Shown here one piece after another: positions 60,429 through 64,000 of a DNA stretch of 64,000 nucleotides. The notes below the pieces were generated by a model. The model saw only the letters and a program-made list of their open reading frames with translations, was not told where the DNA came from and did not search any database. This stretch comes from a bacterium (GTDB taxonomy: Bacteria; Patescibacteriota; Minisyncoccia; Phycocordibacterales; UBA5272), in NCBI GenBank assembly GCA_043719155.1, contig JAYSUJ010000022.1, positions 10,448 to 74,447 on the forward strand, read 5' to 3'. The first letter of the stretch is position 1, and the number at the start of each line of letters is the position of its first letter. The position numbers were made by a program, and so were the translations under genes.

Positions 60429-60689
60429 ATGACAAAAAATGTCAGCATGAGAGATCTGGATGAGGCCGAAGAGCTAGCACTGGAACAACTTGTGAAAGCT
60501 CGTAAAGAGAGGCAGCAACGCATCGGTCCATTGGCCCAAGCTCTGCAGCTTGAAATTAAAATTGCAGAAAAAAAGCTGAAAAATCTACAGGAAAAATGTG
60601 CCGCAGCTAGCCACAGGCCAGGTGCTGGTTCACATATAGATGTGCATATTTGGGTTTGCAGTATCTGCGGCGCTAACTGTAAACCATAA
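60429..60689 (+). CDS. Small hypothetical protein (86 aa; ORF-track start 60369) with coiled-coil and C-terminal CxxCxxxC, GC-elevated
   Basis: RBS AGGAAAG before ATG 60429; ..HIDVHIWVCSICGANCKP; terminator follows. Confidence 0.35.
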   Translation: MTKNVSMRDLDEAEELALEQLVKARKERQQRIGPLAQALQLEIKIAEKKLKNLQEKCAAASHRPGAGSHIDVHIWVCSICGANCKP

Positions 60690-60699
60690 GATCGGCAAT

Positions 60700-60735
60700 G
60701 GGGCTTGGCAAGATTGCCAAGCCCCATCTTCTTTT
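60700..60735 (+). terminator. Intrinsic terminator
   Basis: ggggcttggcaa-gat-ttgccaagcccc + ATCTTCTTTTT. Confidence 0.6.
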
Positions 60736-60745
60736 TATAATAAAA

Positions 60746-62050
60746 CTATTTCAAAAAATTCTTTTTACGCAAATTTTTATGATAAGCCAATGAAAATCTA
60801 TGGACTTCTGCATTTGCTAAAATTATTTCTTGCTTAAATTTTTCCACAATTTCCCTGTCCCCCAAAATACTTTTAGCTTTATGATTTTTGTCTTTAGTTA
60901 CGGCAACAACTTTTATAGCACTTTTTTCCTCTCCTATTTTAGGAGAGGTTAGGTGAGGTAACTCACTTAATATTTTCTCTACTACATCTACATGTCTCTG
61001 GTCACCATCTACCACTACCACGTCCGGTATACCCCAGTCCAAGTGCTTCATTCGCCTTTCAAAAAGCTCTCTCAACCCTTCTAAATCATCATTTTTGTCG
61101 GTAGAGATTTTAAATTTTTTATACTCTTGTTTTGCCACCACTCCACCCAAAACAACAGCCATGGCCCCCACCCTGTCCTGTCCAGAAAGGTGGGCAATGT
61201 CATAGGCTTCTATACGAATATGTTTATCCTCTTCTTTTATATCTTTAGAAATAAGATGGGCGTCCCGAATATGCTCAAGGGCGAAAAGCATTTCCTTAAC
61301 CTTTTGAGCCTCTTCAAATTTTAACTCTTTTGAGAGAGTTAACATATCATTTTGTAAATCTTGCCTAACCTTTTCCCCATTACCTTCTAAAAAAGTAATC
61401 ATTCTTTCTATAATTCTTTTATATTTTTTTGCATCACACACTCCGGCACAAGTACCAGGACATAAGCCGATCTGATACGAAAAACATGGTTTTTTCTGCC
61501 AAGACTTTTTAGAGTCAAAAACTTCACACTTGTCTCTAAAAGGAAATATTTTTCTGATTAATTTCAAACTCTCTCTGGCATATTGGCCATTTGGGTAAGG
61601 CCCGAAAGTTTTTTTAACTTTAATAATTTCACTTTTAAAGTTTCCTAAAAATTTACTCTTTAAAAGCAAATTATTTTCTTTATCTATATCTCTTAGTCTA
61701 GCCAAAACCACTCTTGGAAACTTTTCTTCTGTCACCACAAGTACAAAATAGCTCTTGTCGTCTTTGGAAATAGTATTGTACTTTGGTAAATGTTTTTTAA
61801 TTAGCTCAGTTTCTAAAATTAGCGCCTCCAAAACGCTTCTGGTGGTTTGGAACTTTACAGAATCTGCCAAGGTTACCATGTTGGCAATATGTAAACCTCT
61901 CTTGTGTAAAATATCATCATCAAAATAACTGCGTACCCTACTTTTTAAACTTGTGGCTTTGCCAATATATAAAATTTCTTCATCAAGCATAAAGAAATAC
62001 ACACCAGACTCATCTGGAAGATTTAAGTTTTGTAGGTCAGGCAATTTCAT
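60746..62050 (-). CDS. uvrC: Excinuclease ABC subunit C, short form lacking C-terminal (HhH)2
   Basis: GIY-YIG (GVYFFMLDEEILYIGKA..R), 4-Cys cluster, UVR motif, RNase H-like endonuclease (AYDIAHLSGQD); 434 aa. Confidence 0.8.
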   Translation of the reverse strand: MKLPDLQNLNLPDESGVYFFMLDEEILYIGKATSLKSRVRSYFDDDILHKRGLHIANMVTLADSVKFQTTRSVLEALILETELIKKHLPKYNTISKDDKSYFVLVVTEEKFPRVVLARLRDIDKENNLLLKSKFLGNFKSEIIKVKKTFGPYPNGQYARESLKLIRKIFPFRDKCEVFDSKKSWQKKPCFSYQIGLCPGTCAGVCDAKKYKRIIERMITFLEGNGEKVRQDLQNDMLTLSKELKFEEAQKVKEMLFALEHIRDAHLISKDIKEEDKHIRIEAYDIAHLSGQDRVGAMAVVLGGVVAKQEYKKFKISTDKNDDLEGLRELFERRMKHLDWGIPDVVVVDGDQRHVDVVEKILSELPHLTSPKIGEEKSAIKVVAVTKDKNHKAKSILGDREIVEKFKQEIILANAEVHRFSLAYHKNLRKKNFLK

Positions 62051-62070
62051 AGTTGAAATATAACATAAGT

Positions 62071-62098
62071 TTGCAAATACTCTAAGTTGTGCTATTAT
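62071..62098 (+). promoter_or_regulatory. Near-consensus sigma70 promoter
   Basis: TTGCAA-16 nt-TATTAT. Confidence 0.5.
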
Positions 62099-62146
62099 CT
62101 AAAAACTGTGTCTTTGAACACAGAAATAACTGGGAAGGAAAACTGC

Positions 62147-62311
62147 ATGCCACCACGCAAGTCCAATGGCAAACCACTGACTGAAAACAAAAAAACTCCA
62201 AACAAACGGGGCGCCTCAAAACGCTCACGTCACATGCGGCGACGTGAAGAGCAGACAACAAACCTGCGAAACCTCTCGCGCAAGCAGGACGACAGCCAGT
62301 CCGCAAATTAA
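62147..62311 (+). CDS. Small highly basic hypothetical protein (54 aa; ORF-track TTG start 62087), GC-elevated
   Basis: RBS GGAAGGAAAA 4 nt before ATG 62147; MPPRKSNGKPLTENKKTPNKRGASKRSRHMRRREEQTTNLRNLSRKQDDSQSAN; terminator follows. Confidence 0.35.
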   Translation: MPPRKSNGKPLTENKKTPNKRGASKRSRHMRRREEQTTNLRNLSRKQDDSQSAN

Positions 62312-62331
62312 CTTTCCAAACAAATTTTTTT

Positions 62332-62360
62332 GGCGGCGGACCGAAGGTCCGCCGCTTTTT
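62332..62360 (+). terminator. Intrinsic terminator
   Basis: gcggcggacc-gaa-ggtccgccgc + TTTTT; second weaker hairpin cgact-caaa-agtcg with T-runs on both sides at 62386-62412. Confidence 0.6.
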
Positions 62361-62672
62361 CCTTTTAAAACTTTTAAAAAGAAAAAACGACTCAAAAGTC
62401 GTGTTTTTTAATCGTCATTTTTTCTTTAGGGCTATCTGCCGTAAACCTTAGAACGAGTCCAAGGTGGGAACCGCAAGATAAACTAATATTTGTGCGAGTA
62501 AACGCGCAGCAAGTTGACCTAATATGAAGCTCCCTTAAAATATTTTGTAAAGTTTTATAAACAAATAGCCCTGTAAATTATTTTATGCTTATTTTTATTT
62601 TTTTGCAATATTGACGCTAGGTACAATGTGTAAAACTATAAAAGTAAAGTTGACTTTTATTTTAAAATAAAA

Positions 62673-64000
62673 TTAACTTAAAACAAGTTCCCCTTTTTTG
62701 ACTGACAAATTTACTACCTTTTCCTTTTTAGACATGTTGGACACTATTTGTAATGCAATTGGGTTTAGAATTTGCTTTTGTATAACTCTTTTTATAGGTC
62801 TGGCACCGTAGTGAGGGTCATAGCCAAGTTCAGCGATTTTTGCAACCACGTCTGACGTATATTTTAGATTAACATTTTTAGCTTTTAGTCTTTCTGACAA
62901 TTCCTTTATCTGTATTTCTACAATACTTTTTATAATTTCCTTACTTAATACATCAAAAACAATAATGTCATCAAGTCTATTTAAAAACTCTGGCCTGAAA
63001 AAGTCTTTCAAAGAATCAAGAACCTTGTCTTTCATCCCAGTGTAGTCACTCTCTGGTTTCGAGTTAAAACCAAAAGTTTCCATTTTATTTATAAACTGCG
63101 ACCCAATGTTGGAAGTTAAGACTATTATACAATTTTTAAAGTTTACATATCTACCTTTACTATCTTTTAAACGCCCTTCGTCTAAAACTTGCAACAATAA
63201 GTTAAAAACTTCTGGGTGAGCTTTTTCCACTTCGTCAAAAAGAATAACCGAGTATGGCCTATGTCGTACCGCTTCAGTTAGTTGCCCCGCCTCGTCAAAA
63301 CCAACATAACCAGGTGGTGCACCAACCAGTTTAGAGACAGAATGTTTTTCCATATATTCACTCATGTCAACTCGTATCAGAGATTTTTCATCGTTAAACA
63401 TAAACTCAGCCAAAGCCTTGGTGAGCTCTGTCTTACCAACACCTGTTGGACCTAAAAAGATGAAGGAACCGATAGGCTTGTTGGGGTCTCCGATGCCCAC
63501 ACGACTACGGCGTATAGCGTCCGAAACTTTTTTTACAGCTTCATCTTGCCCAACCACTCTTTCGTGTAGATATGACTCCATTCTTTTAAGCTTATCCGCT
63601 TCATCTTCCAACATTCTTACTACTGGTATGCCAGTCCAACTCGCTACCACTTTTGCAATGTCCTCTCCTGAAACATCTTCTTTTAAAACACGCCCAATAT
63701 TTTTTTGCACTTTTTTAAGTTTAGCCATTTTTATCTCTAATTGCTTTTTAGCTTCAGGAATTTTACCATATCTTATTTCAGCAATTTTTGACAAGTCCGA
63801 AACCGCTTCAGCTTGTTCACTTTCTTTTCTAAAATTATCCAAGTCGGTTTTTATTTGACGAATGGCATCCAAAATATCTTTTTCACTCTTCCACTGCGTT
63901 TCCGTTGGCTCTATTTCAGTTTTTACTTTCTGGATTTCGCTTTCGATTTCCATAACTTTTTGAGTTAAAGCTTTTATATTTTTATTTTTAGTTTCTTTCA
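62673..64000 (-). CDS. clpB: Chaperone ClpB, partial (M-domain coiled-coil and NBD2; N-terminus beyond window end)
   Basis: Reading frame stays open to nt 64000; GPTGVGKTE Walker A of NBD2, sensor-2 region, C-terminal small domain. Confidence 0.9.
   Translation of the reverse strand, partial: KETKNKNIKALTQKVMEIESEIQKVKTEIEPTETQWKSEKDILDAIRQIKTDLDNFRKESEQAEAVSDLSKIAEIRYGKIPEAKKQLEIKMAKLKKVQKNIGRVLKEDVSGEDIAKVVASWTGIPVVRMLEDEADKLKRMESYLHERVVGQDEAVKKVSDAIRRSRVGIGDPNKPIGSFIFLGPTGVGKTELTKALAEFMFNDEKSLIRVDMSEYMEKHSVSKLVGAPPGYVGFDEAGQLTEAVRHRPYSVILFDEVEKAHPEVFNLLLQVLDEGRLKDSKGRYVNFKNCIIVLTSNIGSQFINKMETFGFNSKPESDYTGMKDKVLDSLKDFFRPEFLNRLDDIIVFDVLSKEIIKSIVEIQIKELSERLKAKNVNLKYTSDVVAKIAELGYDPHYGARPIKRVIQKQILNPIALQIVSNMSKKEKVVNLSVKKGELVLS

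Overview
This 64-kb window comes from a low-GC, compact bacterial chromosome. Nearly all conserved housekeeping genes sit on the minus strand in tightly packed co-directional arrays. In order these are: dnaJ (partial), dnaK, grpE, a dihydrolipoamide-dehydrogenase-family flavoprotein, tgt, malic enzyme, a SET-domain protein, a complete F1Fo ATP synthase operon, gatC-gatA, ligA, a prepilin peptidase plus four pilin-like genes, dnaG, pheA, two coiled-coil proteins, rpoC-rpoB, tRNA-Cys, mnmA, a DEDD exonuclease, mltG, a sigma-region-4/HARE-HTH protein, leuS, a nitroreductase, ychF, nrdB-nrdA, a short uvrC and clpB (partial). I infer a Patescibacteria/CPR-like organism from gene content: type IV pilins, many membrane-anchored hypotheticals, domain-embellished core enzymes. 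A second layer is superimposed on this backbone: about a dozen very small genes (46-126 aa), almost all on the plus strand. Each has visibly higher G+C than its neighbours, a near-consensus sigma70-type promoter, a purine-rich RBS and a GC-rich stem-loop/T-run intrinsic terminator. They are wedged antisense into gaps of the minus-strand arrays, including inside the ATP synthase operon. Two of these lie in a ~1.3-kb island (50.9-52.2 kb) that also holds a cysteine-rich 58-aa peptide gene and is delimited by a near-identical duplicated terminator hairpin. Other notable features are a complete Nudix hydrolase domain inserted into LeuRS, an HExxH-motif protein inserted between atpB and atpE, a tRNA-guanine transglycosylase lacking its three zinc-ligand cysteines, pilins with Ala instead of Gly at the prepilin cleavage position, a Tat-signal protein co-transcribed with nrdAB, and a bacterial SET/post-SET protein. 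No CRISPR array, rRNA or recognisable transposase is present.
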